From NCBI GenBank assembly GCA_958009085.1, contig OY253687.1, positions 248,001-312,000 on the forward strand: a DNA stretch of 64,000 bases. The letters run 5' to 3'. This DNA is from Protoeuglena noctilucae. Taxonomy: Eukaryota. Numbering within the stretch: position 1 is the first letter of the stretch; the number at the start of each line of letters is the position of its first letter. Below the pieces are notes generated by a model. It was given only the letters and a program-made list of their open reading frames with translations, was not told the DNA's origin and did not search any database. The position numbers and the translations under genes are program-made. This document shows positions 23,088-35,552 of the stretch, in pieces.

Positions 23088-24351
23088 CTACGGGCCAAGC
23101 CGATCATGCTTCTGGATGTAGCGCCGCACCAGCCCCGGCTCCCCGCCCGTGCTGACCAGATCCGCGCCGCGGTCCGCCATGCGCAGCACAACCCAGAACT
23201 TATCTCGCCCAGAAGCTACAGCCGCGTGGATGGGCGTCCAGCCCCTCCTATCTTTCGCCTCCAGGTCCGCCCCCGCCTCCAGCAGCAAATCCACACACGC
23301 CCAGGGCGAAGTTGCAATTACTCGCGGCGTGGGCCACAGGGGTCAATCCCTCGCAGTCTCCCGCATTCAGCTCCGCGCCGGCCTCCACCAGCATCCTCAC
23401 AACGCCTGGCGTCGTGTCGGCACCGCATCGCGAACACAGCAGAGAAGATTGGTTCTCCTTGCCCGGCACGTAGGTGGGTGACGCCCCCGCCGCCAGCAGG
23501 GCCTCCACAACAGACTCGTAACCTCCCGAGCGAGCGGAAGCTCCCCATCCAGCGAGTTGAAGCGGTGTGGCCTTAATGCACCATCCGTGAGAAATCGACT
23601 CGCGCTCCACTGCGTCCACCTCCGCTCCCACCGCCAGGCACGCCTTGACCGCCTCCACAAAGCCCTGCTCAGCACAGTAAGACAACAGGGGCTTCGTCCG
23701 GAGCAGCCGAGGGTTCACATTCCCCCCCATAGCCACCGCTGCCCGCACCATGCGCGCCGCCTCCTCGTCCCCCAGCGCATTCGCCCACTCCACCTTGCCG
23801 TCGGCCCCGCGCCCCACGGGCCGCTGCGCACGCAGCGCAACCATCAGCGGCGTCTGGTCCAAGACCTCGACGACGGGCCCAAGTGTCCCAGCGTTGATGT
23901 CCGGCGGCCCCGCCACCAGGGCCGGCCACCACAGCCCCAGGCTCGCCAGGTGCTGTGCGTGGGTGCCGCCCATCGCGTACACATCCAGTGGGCTGAACTG
24001 AGGCACATCCTCGTGCGTTATCCGGCCGAAACGGGTGCGAATGAACTCTCGCCCGTCCTCCGCCGTGGCCCGGATGCCCCACGCCCTCCAGACCTCGTCC
24101 ACCTCGTCGCGCATCTCCGGCGACACACCCCGCGCCGCCGTCGCGTCGCGCAGGGGCACCAGCCGCAGGATCTCGCCATGCAGCTCCCCGGGCAGGTCGC
24201 CCCATCCTGCGAGCGGCAGCGGACCATGCCGAATGCCACGAGAGCGCCAACTGTGAGCGCAAGAGCCTGCCCCTCCACCGCGCGCCTCACCGACGCGCGG
24301 ACCCTCTCGGTCGGCCCGCAACGACTGCTTGGCCTTACGTCCGCCCGCCAT
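23088..24351 (-). pseudogene. Intronless F-box + ankyrin-repeat gene with a +1 frameshift near 23295
   Basis: F-box WGDLPGELHGEILRLVPLRDATAARGVS followed by ankyrin repeats (TPLMVAL, GFVEAVKACLAVGAEVD, VVEALLAAGA, VVRMLVEAGAELN..GLTP). The last repeat, VDLLLEAGADLEAKDRRGWTPIHAA, is in another frame. This could be a sequencing error. Confidence 0.7.
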
Positions 24352-24912
24352 CGCGCGCCGACCTGCGGACACGGCCCCGCGCACCGTCCACGCCGGCCCA
24401 ATCACGCATCACTGCGATGCTGCTGCAGCCGCCGCGTCCGACGACCCACGCCCGCCGCGTCCTTCCGCACAGCCGCATGTCCCACTCACGCTTCGAACAA
24501 GCGCTCCTCCCGGCCTCGGTCGCGCCGCAGACGCCGACCACGCCACGTCGACGTGACTACCTTGGGCCCCGCACCGATGGCCCACGGAACGCGATCAGGG
24601 CCTTCTCAGGGCCTTCTCAAGACTGCACTCGTGATGTGGTTGTACCATGTACAGCTGCGCCGGTCCCGAGCCCCGCGGTCGTAGCCAGGCAAGACCCTTC
24701 CTGGCGTGCTGCGACTCGGTGCTGGCGCCGGCGTCGATGTCCGAGTGGGCCGGCGCGGATGTGAGACGCAGTATGAGCTCACGTGGCACCTGATCCGGCG
24801 CGATGGAGCGCTAGATCTGACGGGGTCGATTGTGGCGGGGTTCGGGACCACGGCAGCCCACGTCCAGGCAAGTCAAGCCCGTGGGATGTCATTTTCAAGC
24901 CCTCAGCCTTTA

Positions 24913-27863
24913 TTAAAACATGTCCTCATCCCCGTTCTCCGCGCCAGGCATTGCCACGTCGTCTGCATCGTCCAGCTCAGCAAGCACTCCCCGCGCCCAC
25001 AGCTTCACCGACCGATCATAGCTCGCCGTCGCCACCAGCGGCTCCCCCCCCGTCGGGCACACGTCTGCCGACATGACCTTGCCCTCTGCGTGCAAGCCCG
25101 GAGCGTGCGGGCTCTTCGCGGCGCGCCAGCCTGCGCATGTGGGCTACCTCTCTGTGACGCGCCACGAGCCTCACCGGTAATGGCCAGCGTCTTGAGTAGG
25201 CGGAAGTCGTAACCTGACCACAGCTTGGCCGTGCCGTCGTAGCCGGCCGTCAGAATGTAGTCACCGTCGCCGGGCTGGAACTTGACGGTTGAGAGCAAGT
25301 TTTGGTGCCCAGGCTGCGTGGAAAAGCCAAGTGAACGCAGATGTAATACGCCACCCGCCTCCCGCACCACCTCCACCCCTGGCTGGCGGCAGCGAGCTCG
25401 CAGTGGATCTGCACAACGCAGGTTGCACTCGTTGTAAGAGGCCTAGCGGCGATCGCAGCGCACCAGGGTGGCGAGGCACTGCCGCCTGCGTAGGTCCCAG
25501 ACGCGCGCGGTGTGGTCGTCCGATCCAGACACGAGTTGGTAGCCGTTGGGGCTGAAATCGAGGGCCAGGACAGACTTGACGTGGCCCTCGAGCACCACCA
25601 CGCAGCGGCCGGACCGCAGATCCCACACCCGAGGGGCAGCGTCCATGCCGGACGAGGCGGCCAGGGACCCATCGCACTGCGGGGCGGCACGGGGAAACAT
25701 CGAATGGGACCGGCTGCGCAGTGCGGCCCGAGCGTCTCTGCATAGGTAGGAGGGACTTGATGGCCTGGCAAGCTTCGCCGCGCGCTTGTGAGGCGACCAT
25801 GGCAGCGCTTAAGCGATGGCGACGACGCTAAGGGGCAGGGAAGCATCTGTTGGTGTTGGCGACTCACCTGGAAGGCGACGGCGTATACGGCGCGTGATTG
25901 GCCTTCTTGCTCGTACAGACACGCGCCCCTCTCCAGGTCCCACAGCCGCCACGTGCGGTCGAAGCTGGCCGTGGCGGCCAGGTTGCCGTCCGGGTGCATC
26001 GCGACGCGGCCCAGGCGGTCCGTGTGCCCCGTCAGCGTGCGCAGGAGCTGCCCTGACGAGGACCATACGCGAGCCGTGCCATCCGCGCACCCGGTCATGT
26101 AATGCGGCCCCCCCGGGGGCAGCGACGTGGATGCGCAGGGGTTCATGGCGACGCCTGCACGACGCGGGAACAACAAGATCGGAAGTCGGCGACTGCTAGG
26201 TGCCTGCCAAGCGTCTGCCCTCTCATGACATGCGTGTCGCCGCTGGGCGTGTGAGGTAGGGTCTTACCACCAACAGCGCAAGACCTGGCTCAGCATGCAT
26301 CGTACGGAACAGCGAGCACGGCTCTGTCGACAACTGCGCTGTTGTCCGAAACGCCCTCGTGAACCCGGGACGACTAGTGACTGTGACGCTTTGGCTCTCA
26401 CCAGTGATGCGGTCGTCGTGCGCCTTGACGGTCATCCCAGCACTCACCCGTGATGCGGTCGTCGTGAGCCTTGACGGTCATCCTCGTTGCCAGGTCCGGG
26501 ACTCCGAGGACCTTGAGGTTGCCGGACCACGACCCGCAGACTAGGGCGTCCCCGGACGGTACGAACTGACACGAAGACACCGGGCGCTCGTCTGCCATCT
26601 GCAGACAAGGAGCCGAGAAGGCGTCACTCCCACCGCTCAATGAGGCCGCAGCAAACCTAGACGTCATGCCTCGCGCGTTGCAGGCCCTCTGACTCATCGC
26701 GACAGCCTTATCAAGGCGGTCCTCTGAACCAGAAGTGCAGTAGTACTATGACCGGCCCCTCCCGACCATCGCACGCACAGGACACGCTCCTCTGCCCCAC
26801 CTGGCTGCCCTCCTGCGCGAGGCTCTTGAGCAGCCGCGCCGTCCTGGCCTGCCGCCGATCCACCTCCAAATAGTCCGCGTCCGTCATCGCCTTCTGACGT
26901 GCCACCCGCTCCCGGGCCTTGGCCAGCGACCCCAGCGCCAGCCGCGCACGCGTCTCGGCCAGCCGCGACTCCCCCACCGTCAGGAACGCCTCCGTCTGCA
27001 GCGTCCGGCGGTCCTCCAGGATCGCAGCCTCCCTGCAGGGAAGGGAAGCACCGGCGGTGGCATCGCCGCCCATCATGTGGGTGTATGCCAAGGCACATCC
27101 TCACAATGAGGCACTTCACGATGTTCGGCCCCAATATAAAGACTGCACACGCATCCCCATGGTCTCCCTCGTATGTCATCCAATGCAATGGCACGCATGG
27201 TGCACGCAGCGCGCACCTGGCCACTTGTCCCGTCACCGCCTCCCGCTGCCCCTCGTCCATTCCCGCCAGCAGCCGGCGCAGGCGATCGCGCCGATCCATC
27301 TCCATCTCCCCGAACAGCGTGACCGGCTGCTCCATCTTGCGCAACAGCGCGCGGACGTCCGAATTCTTCACCGGCACCACCACCTCGGCCATACGCCGGC
27401 GCTCCTCGAAGCGATTCACGACCTCGGCCTGCCGCTCGCGAGCGGCGCGGGACGCGTCCGACAGCTTCATGGTCTCAGCTGCGGGCGGAGCGAGGAGGTG
27501 CTTGGGGCTGGGCGGGATGCCAGCGTCGCACAGCATGCGCCTTGCGCGGGCGTGCTCTCACCGTTCGGGCCCAGGACGCTGATGTTGCCCGACGCAATCC
27601 CGGCCGCACGCATCTCCTCCGCGCTCCGCATCTTCCCGTCCCTCCCGATCTCCCCGTAGTTCACTGCGCGAACGGACCCGAGAGGCGCTCGGAGGCGGGC
27701 GCGCCACCCTGTTCTTGGGGCATGGGCATCACATGTCAGACGGTGCGATGTCAAGCTATCGGCAGGGCGAGCGCGCGCGTGGCCATCGCGGCTCGCCTGC
27801 GCCCGAGGCTGCCCGCCGCTGGAGCTGGGCCAGGGCCTCCATGTCGGTGTCCTCATCCCCCAT
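24913..27863 (-). CDS. PRP4: U4/U6 snRNP protein Prp4 (SFM domain + WD40)
   Basis: VPVKNSDVRALLRKMEQPVTLFGEMEMDRRDRLRRLL (PRP4/SFM motif), EGSQ|MADERPVSSCQF, and WD40 repeats GHTDRLGRVAMHPDG, ASFDRTWRLWD, VWDLRSGR, GHVKSVLALDFSPNGY. Confidence 0.95.
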
Positions 27864-28228
27864 GGCAGCCCCCCTCTGGCTCCTTCCGCTGTCACGGACC
27901 GATCGGCACGCCACCCGTTCTCCCCCGGCCTTCCCCCCCGGCTCTTTCGCTGGCCCGCTCACGCGAGCCCAGGATGCCACGTGCCGGGCCCCTGTCTCTA
28001 GCAGAGCGCACCCTCCTCGCGATCCTGTGCCGCTCTGTTTGGTGTCTGAAGAACGAAGGGGGCGAATTCTTGCTCGGCACTGGTCGCGGGGGAAACCCTC
28101 TTGCCAGAGTGTGGTTGCGTCGGACGACGGGCGGCGAAAGGACGCCGGCGCGCGCCTACGATTGCCCTTCTTTCGCTGAGCTGGTCACGCCGGGAGACTG
28201 GCTCGGATCGCACGACAGGGACGCAGAC

Positions 28229-29114
28229 ATGGGTGAGTCCGCGAGCCACGGCCGGTGCCGTTCGTGCTCGGCCCATCCGAGGGCTGACCGTCGGTAATGG
28301 ACGCTCTCTGGAAGCGCTTCCGACCTCCGCGGGGCGCGCGTGGCCTGGTTTCGCAGCTGCCGTTTTTCTGGGCCGCCCTGCCTGCGCGGTGTGCCGAGGC
28401 AACGATGTCTTGATTGCGGAATAGGTTTGGGGCCCAGCGCGTGCCCCAGTCGCCCGAGGCAGCGTGGGTGTCGGTCGTTCGTTCGCCGTCGACCTTTCCA
28501 GGCGTCCGTGGCGCCCCGGCCGACGGCATAAATGAGTCCGTGTAGCCCCGCGTAGCCGCGCGTGACGGCTACGGGCTCTGCGGACCCCGGGTTGGCGTGC
28601 CCCACCTGGGCGCCGCCCCCGGCGTCCCGGGCGGGCCATGCGGCCTGTTTCTTGGCTCTCAGACACACCTTGGCCTCCACGAGCGTGCGCGCCGCCTCCT
28701 CGCGACCCGCGCTGCTCGCGTCGCCCCGTGCAGGGAAGGTGCACGGCTCGCTGGCCCGTGCCGGCAAGGTTCGCGGGCAGACCCCTAAGGTTGCCAAGCA
28801 GGAGAAGAAGAAGCAGAAGGTGAAGCCGCGAGCGTGGTGGATGCGTCTCGTCGGCGGCTGCCAGCGCGGGGAGGGGCGCAGCTGCCGTTGGCTGCGTCTC
28901 GGCGTCCGTGGCTCCACGGCCTGGTTTCGTGGTTGCCAGCGGAGCTGTCGAGATTGCTGCGTTCGCGGACGATCGCTGGGAGGCTCGGTGCTCAGCAGTG
29001 CGTCCCTCGTGCGTGCAGACGGGGCGCGCCAAGAAGCGGGAGAAGTTCAACGCCCGCGTGGTGAACGCCACGCCCGGGGTGAAGAAGCGGAACGCCCCCC
29101 CGCAGCAGCAGTGA
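28229..29114 (+). CDS. RPS30: 40S ribosomal protein S30 (eS30), not ubiquitin-like fused
   Basis: ATGG|GTGAGT at 28229 splices to 28734, giving [46 protein letters not shown]. Introns 28233-28733 and 28820-29018. Confidence 0.93.
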
Positions 29115-29964
29115 TGCGTCGGATGACGCTGGGCGAGGCGGGGTGCTAGGCAGGCTGGGCCATAGGGGGGAGGGCGCACACGCAGCTTAGCTGGGGTTAG
29201 CGTGGACCCCGGTGCACCCCGGTGTCCCCAGACGGCACTGGGAGTCATGCACAACACTCTTGCTTGTCTCTGTGCCTCCAACTGCGTCTTGCCCTCGTCT
29301 CCTGAGGTGGTGATTGGATGGCGTGGATGGTGGGCCCCAGCTGGGATGCCTGGGCCGAGGAGACAGGACAGCCTGCACGGACATGCCTCACGCGAACAGT
29401 CAGCAGAGCAACACGATGCTGCCGTTAACACTGTGCGGGTTGGGGAAAACTGGGAAAACCTCTGCAAGCGTAGGCTGGTCGATGTTTCGTCAAAGCGCAC
29501 CCTGAGAGCCTCGCGCATTGATCCTAAAAATCGCGGCCGCGCTGGGCGGACCGGCTGGCCGGCGCGGTTTTCCAGCCGTCGGACGGACGCCTGTCAGGTT
29601 TGCTGGGGGGCCTCTACCGCACCTGCGTCGGCGTTTTCGTGTCCATTTTTGTCGTGGAAGTCCTGGGTCGCGCTCCTCGTGGACCAGGAGCTGTGAAAGC
29701 TGTTGCCCGTGCGTGCGCAGCACATCCTCGCTGCCAATCAGTTCTCTGCTGAGCATCTTCGCATCCGGACTGAGCCTCAATCGCGTGCCCGGCAGCTCGT
29801 TCCGGCTCAGCGACCTAGCCGCACGCGCGGGTGTCGTGACGCTGCCACCCGCGAGCAGGCCAACCGGCTGCGGAGAGCGCCGCGCGTGCCCAGCGCTGCG
29901 GTGGCCCTTTCGCGTTTGTGCCTGCCAACGGCCTGACAGGCTCCGGTAGTGCCTTGGGGGCGCC

Positions 29965-31877
29965 ATGGCCGCGGGGAGGGAGGGGTATGGGGACCCATAT
30001 GTCGCCTCGTCCCTGCCTGAGCTCGGCCCGGGCAGCATCCAAACCACCGTGCTTCAGGTGACGGGACAAAAGGACAAGAAGCGGGGCGCCTGACCGAGGG
30101 CGCGCGGCGCCGGCGCGTCTCTCGGGCGCTCCTCCTTCCCACATGTGCTGCTCGACCCCGGGCTCTGTGCGCGCCCGTGGATTTCCGTGGCCGATGCTGG
30201 AACGCTTGGTCTTAACGCTCTTCGTCGGCCTGCCCCGCGCAGGAGAAGCGACTGAGGAAGGCGGCGGAGGAGGATGCGCTGCGGCTTTACAACCGCGTGC
30301 GGCAGCTGCAGCGGGAGGAGCAGAAGGCCGAGAAGCGCATCGAGGAGACGAAGGAGAGGGCGAATGAGGTGCTCAGTCTCAGGGAGCGCAACGTGCAGAA
30401 GGCCCGGGAGAAGGAGCTGCGGTTGCGGGAGCTCCAGGTCGAGGTCGCCAAGCAGCGCAAGTCCAACGTCAAGCGGAAAGAGGTCACGCGACGAAACAAG
30501 GAGCTTCGGGAGACGCAGATAATGGAGTTGCGGGATCAGATGGTGCGTCCGCGAGGCGACGCGCACCGGGGAGCGTCGGGGCCCATGTGCGGCCTGCCAT
30601 GCCACGAGCCGCGTCGCGCTGCGCCTCCCCCGCAGGCCCAGGAGGTTCGCATCGAGCGCGCCGTGCTGGAGGACGAGCTGCAGCGCGAGAAGATCCTCGC
30701 GCGCAAGCGTGCGGTGGAGCAGAAGGAGCAGATACGCAGGGCCAAGGAGGAGGCGACCCAGAAGCTCGAGCAGCGCAAGCTCGCCGAGCTCATCAACGCG
30801 CACGAGGTCCGTGCCTGGCCGGTGCCGCCGCGGCAGTCGCGCGCCCATGGCTGCCTCGCGATGACCTGGGCGATCCATGCGCGGGCACCGCTGCAGTGTG
30901 CGCAGCCCAAGCCTGTGACTCTCCGCCGCTGCTGGGCCCTTTTTTGCCGTCGTTAGCTGACCGCTTTCGCTCGACGCTCGCTCCGCAGGACTACCAGCAG
31001 CGCGTGGCCGAGGAGATGGCGGTGCGGCGCAAGAAGGAGCAGGAGCTTCACGCCATGGCCAAGGTCGAGCTGCAGCTCATCGAGCGGCTCAAGAAGAAGC
31101 AGCAGGAGCAGGTCCAGGCCTACACGGAGGTGCGGGAGGGAGCGAGCTGCCCCCGCATGTGCCGAGCAGCCACCTTCTGCCAGGCGTGTTAAGGCCGATA
31201 TGTACAGGATCCGTGGCGCAACGTGATCTCGAATGCTTCTCCCGCTGTTGCCTCTGCAGCTCGAGGACGTCCTGGGGACACGCACGCTCGCCCAGGGTGG
31301 CACTGGCGGTGGGTCCCGCATTATGTCGAGCCGCAGTGCGGGGGCGCCGCAGGCCCGCGGGTCGAGCGCCGGGCGCGGCACCACCGCGCACAGCTCGGGG
31401 CAGGGCCACCCCGCGGGCGCCGACGCCGCCGAGTCGACGTCAGCTGTGGAGCAAGGGTCCCCCGGGGCCGCCCGTGAGCCAACCGAGGAGGAGATCGCCG
31501 TGGCGTTCTCTCGGGTGCGTGTCGCGATGGCTTGGATGTCGATGGCGGCTGCGCACATCCTGATCCTGACTGTGGCGGTCGCACTCGTCACCTGTCGTCT
31601 CCTGGTGCATGCGACGTTTTGGCACATAGTGTGGGCCATCCGCGCCAGGGTTTGCGCCTGGTGTGGCCACATAACATCTCTATCTGCGCTTCGTCGCCTC
31701 CTGCAGTACGACGACGAGGGGACGGGCACCATTCCCACGACGTCGCTGGAGGGCCTCATGAGCGATTTGGGCCTGCAGCTCAACGCCCACCAGCTCTCCC
31801 AGGCCGTCGCGCAGCTCGACCGCACGGGCATGGGGGAGGTTAGCTTCGGGGAGTTCCTGTTGTGGTGGAGGGGATGA
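29965..31877 (+). CDS. Coiled-coil protein with C-terminal EF-hand pair (possibly flagellar/cytoskeletal)
   Basis: Long E/K/R/Q heptads (KAAEEDALRLYNRVRQLQREEQKAEKRIEETKERA) and EF-hands AFSR|YDDEGTGTIPTTSL and LDRTGMGEVSFGEFLLWW. Confidence 0.8.
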
Positions 31878-31979
31878 CCCTGTCGTGCTTTGCTGCGGCG
31901 TGGGTCGCCTCGCTGGATGGCAGGTGCACCCTGATCGCGCAACTGTGAACCGCGACTTCACACGGTGCGACAATCATGC

Positions 31980-33244
31980 TCATGCCCATGGGTCCGCTCC
32001 GAGGTCTTCCCGCCACCCCGTGCCGGATAGACCGACCTCTAGCGCCGTCGGCACTCGCTCAACAAGCAGGGCGTACCCCAGCAGCCGCGGCACAGCGCGC
32101 GTGGATGAGTCCCCCCCGCAAACGAGCATCCCGCATAGAACCCCTGGGCCTAGAACCCGGTAATACTCGGCATGCCCCCCAAACCGCGGCGGTAACCGGA
32201 GCCCCGTGCCAGGGTGTGGGCGTGACAGCCCCGTCCAGCCCTGCGTCCGAGTCATAGGGATCCCAGGTGTTCTCAAGCCAGTAGATAACGAGAGCAGGGT
32301 CCCAGCACCGACACATTCCGCGGGCGGCATGCGGCATGCGCATGCCTGTCGTGCCCTGCACGCACCAGGTCCTCGTCGCCCCCCGCAACCCCGCCCATCG
32401 CCGTCGCCTCGCCGTCGCACCGGGATCGCGTCAGGATGTCTCGCAGTTGCGAGCCCCCAGAGTCCACCAGGTCCTCTCCGTCCGCCACCCGCACCCGCAA
32501 CACGCACTGCCCGGGGCGCTCCCCGACTGCCCCCCCGCCCCGCCGCACCCGCACGAACGCATCGCCACCCTGAGTCAGGAAGAACGTCCTCTGCTCGTAG
32601 CGCGGTCGTCGTGGCCCCAGGGGCCCTCTCGACGTCCCAGGAGCCTCTGTGATGCGGCAGCGGAAGCAGCGCACCGCCCCGGTCGCCTCAGGCAGCATCA
32701 GCTCGCGGGCCGTGGCGCCCTCCGTGGCTGCGGGAATGCACGCGCTCCGGGTATCAGAGGCTCATCCCAACGGGGTTGCAGTTGCGTGCTATGAAGTCGT
32801 CCCCTGATGGCAAAGCAACATCGGCTTCATCCCCCGGCTCAGCCCTGTGCGGTCTTCCTTGATCTGCACCAGCACCACCTGCTCACCTTCCCGGACCGTG
32901 TCGGCTGTCCCTGGCACCCAGCGCATCCCTGGAATGCGCCATGCCTGCTCGACGCCCGCGTCGGTCATGTAGCGGGGGACCATCTCCCGCTCCGCCGGCG
33001 AGAGGATCGCAATCTCTTGCCACGCCACCGCCGCCGCGTTGAAGGCCGCATCGGTTGGGCACATCTCCAGCAGGCCATCGAGCTTGAGCGCCACGCCGCG
33101 GGCCCTCCTTTGTTGCTCTATCTGACTCAGCGCCGGGAGCGGCCGTCCAAACAGCAGAGGAACGCGGAGCTCAGGAAGGCTGCCACACCGCAGGGCGTCC
33201 CTCGCCGTGGGCCGCGCACCAAGCCCGCGCACCATGCCCGGCAT
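31980..33244 (-). CDS. Hypothetical protein
   Basis: Three consecutive minus-strand ORF segments with protein-like composition, between two plus-strand genes. Exon joins not resolved. Confidence 0.4.
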
Positions 33245-33505
33245 GCTCAGCGAGCACAGACTGAACTTAGTTGCCGACGCACATGTTCTTGAGCACACAG
33301 GCGGTCACTCCCGATGCGTGGGGTTGGAAGATATGGCCGGGGGCCAACCTACCAGCGCGTTTCAAGCCCACGCCAGTCATGGTGCTGGGGGCGCTTACAG
33401 AAACGCCAGCGAGGCGATGGCTGTGATAACAACAAGGCACTTGCACCATCGCGCCTCGCCTGGAGATCAGTAGCTTCTTCTTCTGGCCGCCAGCGACCAT
33501 TCACC

Positions 33506-35246
33506 ATGGGGGGCGCCACGCCGGACCCTCCCGCGCACGAGCGCGACGCGTTGATTGCGCAGCTGAGACGAGACATTGATGGGGAACTGGACGTGAGGAG
33601 TCGGGGCGGCCGCCTCGCGGGCCGCGGGCTACCCTAACACGCCCTAAGCATAGTAGCTGCGCGCGTTGTCGCCCCTGCGCATGAACGATCGATATTGTGT
33701 CGTTCTGGAGTCGAAGGCCTCCGTGCGTGTCGCGTGTTGCTCGCGGCGAACCTAGGGTTCTTTCCGCAGCCACACTTTCTCGACAGCGGCTCGCAACTCG
33801 CGCTCTGTGTGCCCTGCGCTTGTCCCGAGAGTCACGATGACGAGCGGAGGGTCGGTGACCTCCCGCCCCCCCTCCTCGTGCCGCAGACGGACGCCCTCCG
33901 CCATTGGTGCACGTGGCACTGCTGCCTCCGCTACCTGCGCGCGCGCAAGGCGAGGCGCGCCCTGTTACCGCACCCTGCATCTAGCCTCTTGTTTCTGCCG
34001 CTGGCACCTGGCGAGAACCGCTGCGTTCCGATGTCCGTCCGCTCCGACCTCGCTGCGCAGTGGAAGTACGACAAGGCGCTGGAGATGCTGCGCAAGTCGG
34101 TGGAGTGGCGTCGGGAGGTGCAGCCGGAGAGCATCCGGTGGGACGACCTGCCCGAGCAGATGGTGACGGGGAAGATCATCGTGCCGAGGAGCGGGGACGT
34201 GTGCCTCCAGGGCAGGCCCATCCTGTTGATGGAGATGCGGCGCAACGAGTCCGACCCCGTGAAGGACGTCCAGGCGCAGGTCAAGCACCTCATCTACTGG
34301 ATGGAGGTTGCCAGCCGAGCCGCGGATGCGCTGCCCAAGGTGCGGCCAGCGTGGCCTGCGCGCAGTTGCAAACCGAGGCCGCCCGTCATGCACACGTGGT
34401 GCATGGAAAGCCGGCCCAAGTTAGCTCGCCGACTGGCCCATCGCTAGCTCACCAGCTCGCCCATCGCGCCATCGTCCCTGGGTCGCTGCCCGCAGGCGGA
34501 CGGCAAGATGGTGTGGATCCTCAACCACACGGACTTCAAGGCATCGGCGCAGGCGGCACCATTCAAGACGTCCCTCGACTGCCTGCACATCGTGCAGAAC
34601 CACTACCCCGAGCGCCTGGGCCTGGCGGTGCTGTACAACTTCTCGTCGGCTCTCGGCATTTTCTGGGCCATGTTCCGGCCCTTCATCGACCCCGTCACGG
34701 CCAGCAAGGTCCAGTTCATCAATCCGAGCAGGGACATGAAGACCACACGGCAGAACATGGGCAAGGTCAGGCCCAGTCGCTAGACCGCGTCACGTCTGTG
34801 CCAGCGCCTGCAAAGAGCCTTCGCAAGATGCAGGGCCAATACGTGTGTGTGTTCGCAGTTTTTCAACATGGCGCAGCTCGACCAGTGCTGTGCGGGCGAC
34901 GCCGACTGGTTTGGCCGTGAGGACGGCGAACAGCTGAGCTTCGACGCCGAGGGGCACCGCAAGTTCATGGTCAAGGTGGGCAGCAGCTGCGCGGAGCAGG
35001 GTTGCGAGCCAGCGGTGTGTCGCTTGCGTGTCGTCGGCAGCCCATGCCACCCCTGTCCCTGCGCTTGACTCGCAGCAAGAGGAGCAGCTGCGGAAGGACA
35101 TCGCTGCGCACGCCAAGAAGGGGGCCAACTGGTACCTGGAGGACAGTCACGAGAGGGTGTCCCCGGAGCTCGAGGGGAAGGCGGAGCGCCGGGGGTGCTT
35201 GTGCTTGCGCCCCCGAGCCCGGAAGGACCGGGCCATGTCAGGGTGA
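33506..35246 (+). CDS. Sec14/CRAL-TRIO lipid-binding protein, copy 1 (paralog A)
   Basis: CLRYLRARK|WKYDKALEMLRKSVEWR, GRPIL, LHIVQNHYPERLG and FWAMFRPFIDPVTASKVQF. Six exons. Confidence 0.92.
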
Positions 35247-35552
35247 GATGCCCTCCATCACGTCCTCTCTCGTCGGAATCGCGGATCCACTGCGTCCCCA
35301 TTCAATCACTGGTTGCGTTCTGTCCACCTGTGCTGGCGTTCGCGCCTGCCGCCTCCCGCGGCACCGTGTCTGGCACCCTTTTGCCGTTTCTGACGGCCCA
35401 AACCCGGGCGAGTTTTGGCGCGGGGCGCGCGGTGCGCTTCCGTGCAGAGGCGCGACGCATCGATCCCAGCGCGTAGCATCAGTCCTTCCTCGGTCTCCTC
35501 GCGGCGTTGCTTGAAGCAAGCGGCCTTTGACCTGAGCGGTGCCGAGAGAAAG

